In this document: one piece after another, positions 36,187 to 49,311 of the stretch
How the letters are laid out: each line of letters begins with the position of its first letter
How positions within the stretch are numbered: position 1 is the stretch's first letter
From: Phallusia mammillata
Taxonomy: Eukaryota
Assembly (NCBI GenBank): GCA_965637545.1
Contig: OZ281494.1
Span: forward strand, 2,108,001-2,172,000
Length of the DNA: 64,000 bases
Direction: 5' to 3'
Made by a program: the position numbers and the translations under genes
The notes under the pieces: model-generated
What the model was told of the DNA's origin: nothing
The model's input: only the letters and a program-made list of their open reading frames with translations
Database searches by the model: none

Positions 36187-39100
36187 TCAGGTAGTAACCA
36201 TTTCTGTAGTCGTCCGCACCTCAGAAACAACTCGAACTTTCCTACATTTTTCCAATGCGTTGTCAATCACAGAAGAATAAAGCAACGGATTGAGGGCGCT
36301 GTTGATCGGAAGCAAAACCGCAGCTGCAAGCACATAAACGATATCAGACAATACTACACCACCAAGCGACAGATAACTGAGGATGCAAATCGGAATCCAG
36401 CAACAGAAATCGGTAAGAAGCAATCTGGAAATGCGCTTTTGCATTTTGGCGCTCGTATCATTGCTTTTGGACTTGGCCATGCGATTGCTGCGTCGATAAA
36501 TGAGGACATAAGCGGCAACCATGAAAATAAACATGATGAAATTCAATGTGATAATAAACAGTGAATATCCCCAAGCTGAATGGCTTTCTGAAGCAAAGAG
36601 TCTCGGCAAACACACGCTGGTTTTGGCGTAGTAACCAAACTCTCCTTTGATTGATTGCCCTGGCATGTTGATGTCGATGACTCGTTTAGCGTCGTGCCAT
36701 GATAACACGGTGCTGTTGGTGGGTGATATACGTTGTGCCAAAAGCATTGCAGCTTCAAAAGAAACAAAATCACGTTTGTGAACAAAATTAGGAAACCAGA
36801 TTGTTGTTACAAAGTAACCAGATGTAAAATTAATTGTGGGAACGATGGCAATGACCAAAGCAACACACCAAGTGAAGAAACACCCCAATATAATCCATTT
36901 AGGCCCTAGAGACATAGTAAGAAATGGGTTCCACACAGACACAAGTCGATAGACTGATATCAATGCCATGGTTAAAGCCGATGTTTGAGATGAAATGACG
37001 CACAATGCACCTAGGATCGAGCATTGTGTGCTCGAACGCCATTCAGCATCAAAATAACAATAACTTCCTGAAAACTGGGCACTTTTAGCTGCAACAGCAA
37101 GTAAATAGATTCCCATTAACATGTCGGAAACTGATAGATTAACAATGCAAATTTGAGTGCATTTATTTACACAACTATCTGTTATCCGGTTCATATATGA
37201 CTTTCTGAAGGTGCTTGCAACCACTAGGATATTCCCAATCAATGCAAGGATGCCCATGATCCATATAAACGCAGTCAAAATAGGGTTGGCAATCATTTCT
37301 TTCTGATTGGAGAAAACAGTGTTACGAGAGCTGACAGGTGGGCATTCGTCACTGCCGTCCGAGCAGTCTTTGATTCCGTCTTCCTTTTCTGTAATGGGCA
37401 CTGAGAGTGGATTCCCATTAAGACAATAAAATCTCTTATTCTCACAACGATCCTTTGCCTCATCCGATTTATCGTCACAGTCGTAGTTTCCATCGCAAAC
37501 TTTCATGACGTCAATGCTTATGAAATTTCCACTGCTGCAAATATAGCGTTTGGGACAAAGTGATTCGTTGTAATATCCGCGATGTATACCATCGCACACC
37601 CATGTGGGACTTGACATAAACTCAGGGTCATTGCAGAAAGCTGCTGGATTGGGGCAACTTTCGCACTCATCCCCTGAACCAAAACATTCAGGTCTTCCAT
37701 CGCATGCTACACCATATGTAAGGCTCCCGCTGCATAAGGTCAAATCAAGTTGTGGATAGCAATATTTGGTGTTGCTCATGTTCAAGCAGTTTACATCTTG
37801 GTTGCACAGCACAGAATCTATTGGAAGGCAATCTGTTTGGTTGTAGCAGTGCATATGACCTGGTGGACAAGTTGATTGAGAATCGCCAAGGACGGCTTTG
37901 CACACCGTCTGATTCTCGCACAAACATTCATCTGACAGGTCGTAGCAGTCAATTACACCATCGCACACCTGATTCTTTGAGATAACTAGTCTCTTGTCCA
38001 GGCAAAGGAAGCATCGAAATTCTCCGTTGACGAAACACAGATCAGATTTGTCAGCGCACTGGGCATCTTGATCGTAGAGATTGATTTGGGACAAGCTACA
38101 TGGAAATGTAAACCAATATCCAAGACATTTGAAACTCGGGTGTGTTTGGATGTGGTAATCCCATGAAAATATTGAGAAACAGAAGAAAAACATAGCGTTC
38201 TTAATTTTGTTGTTATAATCCCGATAAAAAACCGGAGGTGCTGTCAGTACCCCGTCAAGAGGTTGGCATTGAGGAATGCTGCACATCCAGTAATCATCAG
38301 TACAAACTTGATCCTTGTGTCCTTGACACGGCCTGTGATGCTGAATGCAGTGTGAAGAATTGTTTGCTTGATACATCATAAATCTCTCCATCGATTTTTT
38401 ACTGGTGCAATTAAATAAATAATGTCCGCAGTTTATGTCGTAAAGATCGGCCCACAACAGACAAGGTTCATCGCTTTGATCAATGCAGTCCGGTATACCA
38501 TCGGCCACCGTTGTGTTAGGTATGCATTGCCCAATAGTCGGACATATCTGTTCACCATAGATGCATCCACACATTACTTGATCACCACTACATGTGCAAT
38601 TGGTTTCGTCGCTGCTGTCATCGCAGTCCAACTTCCCGTTGCATTTTAAAGATAAAGGAATGCATTTAGAATCGCACTCAAATTCATGTTTCCAGCAAGG
38701 ACAGTTGGAAAGGACTTCATCGCTGTAATCTTTACAATCATCGATCCTGTCACATACCTTCGAGCTTGGCAAACAGCCACTCAATCCAGCACATGTGTTA
38801 CTTTCATAACATGCACATTGAAACTCATCAACTGGGCAAGTGCAATTCACTTCGTCTGTTCCATCTAAGCAGTCGTAGACTCCATCACATATTTGTGTCT
38901 TTTCATAACATCCCAATCCATATGTGCAATTACTGTCTCTTGGAAAACAGCCGCATTGGTATTGGTTTGCGTTACACGTTGTTTTGTTGAATGCATCACA
39001 CAAGCCGACAGGAAAACAATAATACGAATCAACTGTAGATGAACTGTTGTCTGAGTTGGTTGGTGGGCATCCACAAATCGCTTTGGGGTAGCAATATTGG

Positions 39101-39587
39101 TGCCAAAGGCGACATTGTTCTAAAAAAGAAAATCGTTGCAGTTACACACGCTGCTAAAATTTGAATACCATAATTTAGTTTCAACAGTACTCAAAAAAAG
39201 CAACCATTTCCATGCTACACTGCAGAACAAATGGAACTTAGTAAACAATTGCAGACATCATTATCATCAATACATCTTAGACTTTCTGTGGCAATATCTT
39301 AGACATGATTGGCTGGTCTTTGACACAAGTGAATTAGCTTGGGCCTTAGGGTATTAAAGTAAAAGTATAAATCGTTGATCTAATTATGCAATGTAATGCG
39401 CCCAATTTGCTATTGCAAAGGCCTATAGAAAGGCGCTGGCAGCTATTGCGAAATAATGACTTATTTATACTACTAATCAAAGACTACACACATAACTTAA
39501 TATTTACTTACCGTAAGTTTCAAGCCCGTCCGATGGGAACTTTTTAATCAACAGAACCAAAGAAAACAACACAACAGTCCTAATCAT
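36187..39587 (-). CDS. LDLa-repeat GPCR copy 2 (GRL101/RXFP-like 7TM, no LRR), about 1002 aa
   Basis: Signal exon 39587-39512 joined in phase 1 to exon 39119-36187. About 10 LDLa-like modules (e.g. CDGVYDCLDGTDEVNC, CDGNYDCDDKSDE); 7TM motifs IGNILVV, NLSVSDMLMGIYL, YYAKTSVCLP, TDFCCWIP, PINSALNPLLY. Confidence 0.93.
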
Positions 39588-41962
39588 TTTATTCATTGAT
39601 CTGAAGCACAAAAGAAGACACAGTTTTTTTAAGCAGAGCAAAGTTTGCGTAAAAGTGTTTTCAAAAATATTTCTTATTTTTTTTTTATTTTTACGATTTT
39701 TTTTAAACCTTATAATTACTTGCTCAAAAACAGTCCCGACAAATTTCGCCTAACTGGCCTAAACCGATCAGCGAGGCTTTGTTACAGCATATGCGGAAAC
39801 AATTCGTACTTAAGCTTGACATATCTGACACAATATGAGCGTCATGAACACTGTTACGCGTAGATGTTAATACCTACAAAACAACAACGCCCTTTTTGAC
39901 TAAAATAGCGTCATAGTGGTTGATTGTTGCACGTACTGAATATTTCATTTTATATCGGTTTACGTTTTATTAGTCACATGCTTTTCATTTAATTTGATGT
40001 GATTGTTTCATTTCGTCACATATTAATGAATGAATCACATTGTGTATGTTGAGTAATGATGTTTTTTGCATGTACTGTACATTTTATTAAAAGCTAGTTT
40101 GTAAAAGCTTCCTATTATTTGTCATCAAGGCCAAAAGGTTGAACTCTATTTTACTTTGCTTTGCTGTTTTGTTCGATTTCTGGTTAAAACTAAGGGATTA
40201 CTTTGCAAACTTCGACTCAACAAACGCCAACAATCAATGATAAGTAATAAAACTGCAATATTTATCAATCTTTGCGTATTTTTAAATAGTAAATAATAAT
40301 AGCTGCAAACAGCAATACTTTTTTTGTATTTAACGTTTTTTTGGCTTTTATGTTTTCTTTTATTGTTGTTTTCTTTAGGACAAAAACTGATTTAACTGAT
40401 GCTGAAGACAGATCCGTCGGTCACTGCTCTGTTACACAGGCTAATTCTGTAATATGTTAATACATATTACACTTAGTAATTATCTGAGTTAAAGCAACAA
40501 TCTTAAATGATTGTAAGCATCATTGCTATCGATCTGGGACAAGACGTAAGGACGATTGGACACAGGTCGCGATTATTTTTAGCAACTTTTTACAAGCGAA
40601 CCTAACCAAATGTCAATTGATGCAACTGATGTCATATAGTTTATTATGAAGCTGTTGGCAGATGATAAACATTTATTATTCTTATCCTCCAACACGTTGC
40701 TTATTTTAGAAAGATTCTTGCAGTTAGAGTAAAATTTTAACACAAAATTTTTCTTTTTTTCAAGGACTGATGGTTTCATGAAAAAATAAAACTACTTTAA
40801 ATAAACTAACGGAGAGAATTTTTGCATAACTTTCCACCAGTTTTAAAAAATATGTAAAAATGATCCGAAATAATTTGTCCCGCTAATAAATCTGCTTTAA
40901 CATAATCTTATTATGGCGTAAACCCATGCTAAAATGTATTTTGGTGGCTATGTTCTTAAGAAGCAATGCATTACTTACTTTTAGATTTTAGTTATTGAAT
41001 TCAAATGAAATTTCTGTGTACAAATTTTGTGTTTCTGTTCTATAACTTCTTATGTAAGAACACTGTAAAATCTATATAACCTGTTTACAACGCTAATAGT
41101 AAAATATCTTTCCACTCTTACACCAGTATGTTATGTAAAAATAAGAGCTTGATATGCATGTTGGTTCGTGAAGAGAAAGTTTTATCGTAGAAATGAATCA
41201 TTGTAACATATGTACAAAAGAAATAAAACGGCGTTGACTAATCAGATTGCGCAATTACATCTGGTCTACATGAATATATGAGTTTGTATGTATTATTCAA
41301 TTCAGCCCACAAAACTAATTAGGTTTAAACCTTTGACGCATGTTTTGCAATGTTACGCCCAGTGTCAAGCTTTGTTTCAAATTGGGTGAGTCATCACAAA
41401 CACTTTATACCGTGCAATTTAGAAGCAGAAGTGTAGTACATTGACATTATGCATTAATTGCTCGCGAACACCCGACTGACGAGCACGTTCCCAAAAGTTG
41501 ACGTTTTCAAATTCCCACATTAGTGTTAAAAGACGCACAACACGCTTCTAAACATCCCATCAAGGAACTTTCAATGTTGAATATGCTTGCATTTTAAAAA
41601 GTGTTTAATTTTTAACAACAACGCTTTTTGAAGATAGATCATGGTAGGACAGCCTTAATGAATGATTACACTAATTTAAACCGACCTCTTAAGTATTACC
41701 ATACAAGTGTCCCTTGTCAAAGATAGATTGGCAGCGTTGTTTACTAGAACCAAACAGGACATATTTGTTCGGTTCTCACGCATATCAGTGTTGGTCACTC
41801 ACTACATTTGAGAATTAAAACTGTCATAATGCATTGGTAACTGCCATCTTCAACACAGGAAATTTGAGAACGAAATTATTACAGCTCAAAAGGGTCTAAA
41901 AACGTTTTTACAAGCTAGTGTTTTTTAAACAAGTAAAGATAAATCATGCATCCAAATTGTAC

Positions 41963-42058
41963 GGTTTATTCATCTTCATCATCTACTGTGTGATGCAAGA
42001 AGAAGTGAGAGAAGCTGTGAAGAGAGCTTGGTCGCGGTTCCAGTGCGGATATGGCTAG
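41963..42058 (+). pseudogene. Second orphan aGPCR last-exon tail
   Basis: Same junction and sequence as 35003-35098. Confidence 0.88.
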
Positions 42059-43129
42059 AAAACTTAATTTTCCATTTCAATCACGTCGCGAAACACAATG
42101 TGTGTGATGACAAAAAGTGACTGGGAGCTTACTTACAAGCACATTGTCAAATAAAGGATGTTTTCTACAAATGTGAGGCCGGAAAAAATTACATCTCTGG
42201 AAAGAAAAGCAAAACTAAACTAAAAGCTGAAAATCCTTGACTCCTTTGCTGTAACTAACCAAAACCTATTTATGCTGTTACATGGTCTCGTGTAAAAATG
42301 CACAATCTTTTGACATTGACCACTAAAATACTGTAGCAGATATCTACATAGACTTTGTTTAAGCCTACAAATGCAGCCTGGATTTTTGCCAAATCCAGGC
42401 AATATTTTTGGTCCAAACGAGTCGGGAGTAACCAAAGTTTACTGCAGCTTAGCGCAGCTGACGTATATATGTAAATATCTGATCAAAGCATGTTTATTGT
42501 GCATTTTTCATTGGTGTATTTGATTAACAACCAGACGTTGGAAGCAAAAAAATTATTTGCACATTTGTTTTACAATCTCTTTTGCTAGTTAAACCGAAAT
42601 TCGGAAAGCGCTATTTGGCGGCTACAAACTCCTAGTTACTTTGCTTTTGACTCTTTCCTCTTCAGCGGGTGCACACGTGTTTCTACATTTATTCTCATAA
42701 AAATGTGACTGTTAAACTCAAACAGCTAAACTTTGAGCTTCGTGTTATCGAAGGTTCTTTTGTAATATTTGCGACATATTTTTTTACGCTGTACATTTAT
42801 TTACATTTAAACACAAAACAAACATAAACAACAATTGCTCCATGATTGACATCTACTGAAGCAACATTTAACACAAATACAACAACTTATCTTTTCTAGG
42901 CCATGCTTTCTCCCAGGGCTAGAAAATTTGTACAGATGAATCAAGTAGTTTTTTTACCTCGCCGCCATTGTGCAAGAGTGCAACTTGCAAATCAAGTTCT
43001 AGACTAGAGCATAATGACAAAGCCTTAAAGCTCTAAAACAGACACATTGATCACAAAGTGCATAGATAGAATGTTTGGGAAACACTGGAACAAAACAACA
43101 AGTTATGAACAAGGATTAAGTATGAAGCT

Positions 43130-46100
43130 TCAGGTAGTAACCATTTCTGTAGTCGTCCGCCCCTCAGAAACAACTCGAACTTTCCTACATTTTTCCAATG
43201 CGTTGTCAATCACAGAAGAATAAAGCAACGGATTGAGGGCGCTGTTGATCGGAAGCAAAACCGCAGCTGCAAGCACATAAACGATATCCGACAATACTAC
43301 ACCACCAAGCGACAGATAACTGAGGATGCAAATCGGAATCCAGCAACAGAAATCGGTAAGAAGCAATCTGGAAATGCGCTTTTGCATTTTGGCGCTGGTA
43401 TCATTGCTTTTGGACTTGGCCATGCGATTGCTGCGTCGATAAATGAGGACATAAGCGGCAACCATGAAAATAAACATGATGAAATTCAATGTGATAATAA
43501 ACAGTGAATATCCCCAAGCTGAATGGCTTTCTGAAGCAAAGAGTCTCGGCAAACACACGCTGGTTTTGGCGTAGTAACCAAACTCTCCTTTGATTGATTG
43601 CCCTGGCATGTTAATGTCGATGACTCGTTTAGCGTCATGCCATGATAACACGGTGCTGTTGGTGGGTGATATACGTTGTGCCAAAAGCATTGCAGCTTCA
43701 AAAGAAACAAAATCACGTTTGTGAACAAAATTAGGAAACCAGATTGTTGTTACAAAGTAACCAGATGCAAAATTAATTGTGGGAATGATGGCAATGACCA
43801 AAGCAACACACCAAGTGAAGAAACACCCCAATAAAATCCATTTAGGCCCCAGAGACATAGTAAGAAATGGGTTCCACACAGACACAAGTCGATAGACTGA
43901 TATCAATGCCATGGTTAAAGCCGATGTTTGAGATGAAATGACGCACAATGCACCTAGGATCGAGCATTGTGTGCTTGAACGCCATTCAGAATCAAAATAA
44001 CAATAACTTCCTGAAAACTGGGCACTTTTAGCTGCAATAGCAAGTAAATAGATTCCCATTAACATGTCGGAAACTGATAGGTTGACAATGCAAATTTGAG
44101 TGCCTTTGTTTACACTGTTATTAAGATTCCAGGTTCGGTATGACTTTCTGACGGTGGTTGCAACCACTAGGATATTCCCAATCAATGCAAGGATACCCAT
44201 GATCCATATAAACGCAGTCAAAATAGGGTTGGCAATCATTTCTTTCTGATTGGAGAAAACAGTGTTACGAGAGCTGACAGGTGGACATTCGTCACTGCCG
44301 TCCGAGCAGTCTTTGATTCCGTCTTCCTTTTCTGCAATGGGCACTGAGAGTGGATTCCCATTAAGACAATAAAATCTCTTATTCTTACAACGATCCTTTG
44401 CCTCATCCGATTTATCGTCACAGTCGTAGTTTCCATCGCAAACTTTCATGACGTCAATGCTTATGAAGTTTCCACTGCTGCAAATATAGCGTTTGGGACA
44501 AAGTGATTCGTTGTAGGAGCCACGCTGTATCCCATCGCACACAAATGTTGTACTTGCCATAAACTCAGTGTCATTGCAGAAAGGTGCTGGATTGGGGCAA
44601 TTGTCGCACTCATCCCCTAAACCAACACATTCAGGTCTTCCGTCGCATGCTACGACATACGTTGATCTGCATAAGGTCAAGTCAAGTTGTGGATAACAAT
44701 ATTTGGTGTTATTAATGTCCAAGCAATTCATCGATTGGTTGCACAACACAGAATCTATTGGAAGACAATCTGTTTGGTTGTAGCAGTGCATATGACCTAG
44801 TGGACAAGTGGATTGGGAATCGCCAAGGACAGCTTTGCACACCGTCTGATTCTCGCACAAGCATTCATCTGACAGGTCGTAGCAGTCAATCACTCCATCG
44901 CACACCTGATTCTTTGAGATAACCAGTCTCTTGTCCAAGCAAAGGAAGCATCGGAATTCGCCGTTGACGAAACACAGATCGGATTTGTCAGCGCACTGGG
45001 CGTCTTGATCGTAGAGATTGATTTGGGGCAAGCTACATCGATATGTTAACCAATATCCAAGACATTTGAAACTTGGGTGTGCATGGATATGGTAGTCCCA
45101 TGAAAATATTGAGGGACAGAAATGAAACATTGCGCTCAGAATTTTTTTGTTATGATTCTGATAAAAAACCGGTGGTGCTGGCAGTACCCCGCCAAGGGGT
45201 TGGCATTTAGGAATGCTGCATATCCAGTAATCATCAGTACAAACTTCATCCTTCTGGCCTTGACACGGTCTGTGATGCTGAATGCAATGCGAAGAATTCA
45301 TTTCTTTGTACTTCAAAAATCTCTCCATCGATTTTTTACTGGTGCAGTTAAATAAATTATGTCTGCAGTTTATGCCGTAAAGTTCACCCAACGACTGACA
45401 AGGCTCATCGCTTTGATCAATGCAGTTTAGTGTACCATCGGCCACCAATGTGTTAGTTAGGCATTGTCCAGTAGCAGGACATATCTGTTCACCATAAATG
45501 CATCCGCACATTACTTGATCACCACTACATGTGCAATTAGTTTCGTCACTGGTGTCTTCGCAGTCGAAATTCTCGTTACATTTTAAAGATAAAGGAATGC
45601 ATTTAGAATCGCACTCAAATTCATGTTCCCAGCAAGGGCAGTTGGAAAGGACTTCATCGCTGTAATCTTTACAATCATCGACCCTGTCACATACCTTCGA
45701 GCTTGGCAAACAGCCACTCAATCCAGCACATGTGTTACTTTCATAACATGCACATTGAAACTCATCAACTGGGCAAGTGCAATTCACTTCGTCCGTTCCA
45801 TCTAAGCAGTCGTAGATTCCATCACATATTTGTGTCTTTTCATAACATCCCAATCCATATGTGCAATTATTGTCTCTTGGAAAACAGCCGCATTGGTATT
45901 GGTTTGCATTGCACGCTGTTTTGTTGAACATATCACACCATTCGAAAGGAAAACAATAATACGAATGAAATGTAGATGAACTATTGTCCGGCCTTGTTGG
46001 TGGACAACCACACACCACAAGCTCTTCGGGGTAACAATACTGCTGCTCAAGCCGACATTGTTCTGCAAAACATCGTTTCAGTTACAAACTTTGAAAAATG

Positions 46101-46448
46101 ATACCGTAATTTATCTTCGAAATTAATCAAAAACTTGCAGCAAAAATAAAAGCAACCATGTTGATTGTAAAAAGGGCACTTCATAAAATAAACTCATCAT
46201 CGTCATCAGTACATCTTAGACTTTCTCTGACAATATCAATGACATTAATGACTGGTCTTTGACACAAGTGAATCAGCTTAGGCCTTAGGGTATTAAGTTA
46301 AAAAACTATAAATCATAATGACTTATTTCAACTACTAATCAAAGACTACACATACAACTTAAATTTACTTACCGTAAGTTACAAGCCCGTCCGATGGGAA
46401 ATTGTTGATCAACCGAACCACAGAAAACAATATCAGGGTCCTAATCAT
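43130..46448 (-). CDS. LDLa-repeat GPCR copy 3 (diverged ectodomain), about 1002 aa
   Basis: Signal exon 46448-46373 (MIRTLILFSVVRLINNFPSDGLVTY) joined to exon 46062-43130 after TGTTTTGCAG acceptor; open frame with same motifs as copy 2. Confidence 0.93.
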
Positions 46449-49311
46449 TTTAATTATTTATCTAAAGCACAAAGAAGACACAAACGGGCAAAATTTGCAA
46501 AGGTGTTTCTAAAATAATTTTCAATATTTATATTTAATTAAATGTTTGCTGATGAATATATTCTCAAACACGGTCTCAACAAATATCGCTTGCCTGACTT
46601 CAACCGATGAGTAAGGATTTGTTGCAGCGGAAACAATACGTTACGTAGGATTCAAAATATGTGACACAATATGGGCGTCATTGACAACTATTACTCGTTG
46701 ATGGTAACATCAAAAAGCTAGAAAACAACTACTTATTTTGACCAAATCAGCGCTATGGTGATGTAATGATGATTGTATAACATGCACTGAATATTTCATT
46801 TCATATCGGTTTGCTTTTATTTAGTCACATGCTAATTTTTTTCATTTAGTGTCATGGTGATTTATTCATTTCGTCACATGTGATGCAATAATCACATCGT
46901 ATATGTTTAGTAATGGTGATTTTTGCATTTTTAATTGAAAGCTGGTTTGTAATATCTTGTTTGTATATCCAGGACGAAATGTTGAACGATTACCAATTTA
47001 AATTTTACGCTGTATTGTTTCGGGGTAAAACTAGCGCATTATTTTACAAAAATTAATTCAACATAAGCTGTCAATCAATAAAAAAAATAAAAAACTAACT
47101 TACAACATTTATCAATCTTCGCGTATTTTTAAAGAACAAATAGCAACATGTGGAAATACCAAAACATTTTAGTATTTTACGTTATAGCTTTTCCGTTTCA
47201 TTTTATTGTTGTTTTCTTTTGGACGAAAATTGACGATGCCTTCCAAATAGGCGAAATTAATATTTCTGTTTCGTGACTAAACGATTTAACTAACGCTGAT
47301 AAACGATTTAACTAACGCTAATCATCTGAAAACATTGTAAGCATCACTGCCATCGATCAGGGGACAAGACGTAAGGACGATGGGAAACCGATCGCGATTA
47401 TTTTCAATTTTCAACGTTTTTTCGAGCAACTTCACCGAATTTTCGGGGTAATATTTCAATTGATGCAACTGATGTCATATAGTTTATAAAGAAGCAGCGG
47501 GCAGATGTCAAACATTTATTATGCTTATCCACCACGTTGCATATTTAAGAAAGATTCTTGCAGTTAATAAAGTTTTACAACATAATGTTTTCTTAATTTA
47601 AAGAACCTATGGTTTCATGAAAAATTAAAACTACTTTAAAAAGAGAAATTTTTTTGCATAACGTTTACCAGTTTAAGATCCAAAAATATTGGTTCTGCTA
47701 ATAAATCTGCTTTAACATAATCTTATTAAGGCGTAAACGCATGCTATAATGTATTTCGGTGTCTAAGTTCTTTAACTGAGAACCAATGCTTTGCTTACTT
47801 TTTTGAGTTTTTGAGTTTTGAGTTTTTCAGATTTTTAGAAAAACTTTCGGTGGAGACTTGTGTTTCTGTTTAATTATTTTTACTATCATTTTTGCCATGA
47901 GAAGTTATAGAGCAGAAACCTATTTTTTTAACTCTTATGTTGAGCTCAGTTTATTTCGCTTGGTGAAAAAAAAACATAGTGACACAATTGCACTAAAACA
48001 GTCACCAAACCGGAAATAGCTGCGCAACGTTAAAACGTTATTAAGCGCAAAACAGTAAAGGGCACAGTTGGTGGATGATACCAAAACGCGCTGCAGCTAC
48101 ACCGTATTATAAAGCGAAACCCTGTCGGATAGTTTCAATGTTATGTAGAAATAAGAGGTTGCTATACATGTTGGTTTGCGAAGAGAAAGTTTTATAGCAG
48201 GAATTAATCATTGCAGCATGACAAATCACTGCAACATATTACAAGGTAAATAAAAGACGGTGACGAATTGCATTGCGCAATTACTGCTGACTCACCACAA
48301 AAATGCTACAAATCAACATAATTATATTTTTTAACAAATGAATAGTTCAGCGAATCAACTATTTTTGGTATTTCTTAGTCTACATGAATATATGACGTAC
48401 ACGATCGTTTTGTATGTACTATTTTAGTCAACAAAACCAAACCAATGATGTCTTTTTTAAAATTTTACGCGCGATGTCGTAGATTCATTAAAATTAGGTG
48501 AGTTATCACAAACACCTTTTTATTGTACAACTTAGAAGCAGGAGTGTAGTACATTGACATTATGCATTAATTGCACGCGCACACGCGACTAACGAGCACG
48601 TTCCCAAAAGTTTTAAAATTCCCACATTAGTGTTAAAAGACGCACAACACGCTTCTGAACATTCCCATCAAGGAACTTTCAATGTTGAAATTGCTTGCAT
48701 TTTTATAGGTGTTTAATATTTAACAATAACACTTTTTGAAGACAAACTATGGAAAGCCTGGCAAAATAAATGATTATTCCAATTTATGCCTGCCTGCTGC
48801 CTCTCAAGTATTGCCATACAAGTGTCACTTGTCAAAGATAAATTGGCTGCGTTGTTTACTAGAGCCAAACAGGACAGATTTGTTCGGTTCTCACCCATAT
48901 CAGTAAACTCCACATGAGTGGGGTTACTTTGAGTTAAGCACTTTCGAATTAAATGAACATACAAACGCAATGTTTGTTAAGGTGACTCGTCTATAGTTCA
49001 GGTAAATACTGATAAGGAGGAGCAAGAAACCCTCGAAATTCGCAGCACTCGGCGCTTATTCAAGTGTGGAAACACGTTTAGGCAAACATGCTTCTGTTTG
49101 TGAGTAAACTAAAAAAGCATTTACAAGGGTTTCCAAACAAAACACTTTTTTTTAAAGTTGATCACTCACTACATTTGAGAATTAAAACTGTCATAGTGCA
49201 TTGGTTACCGCCAACTTCAACACAGGACATTTGAGACCGAAATTATCGCAGCTTAAAAGGGTCCGAAAACGTTTTTACAAGCTAGTGGTTTACATAAAGT
49301 CAAGGTAAATC

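Noticed and set aside
29571-46068. Repeated alternative-frame and antisense ORFs inside the LDLa-GPCR exons
   Set aside because: They recur only because the host CDS is triplicated; several are lost or altered in copy 3.
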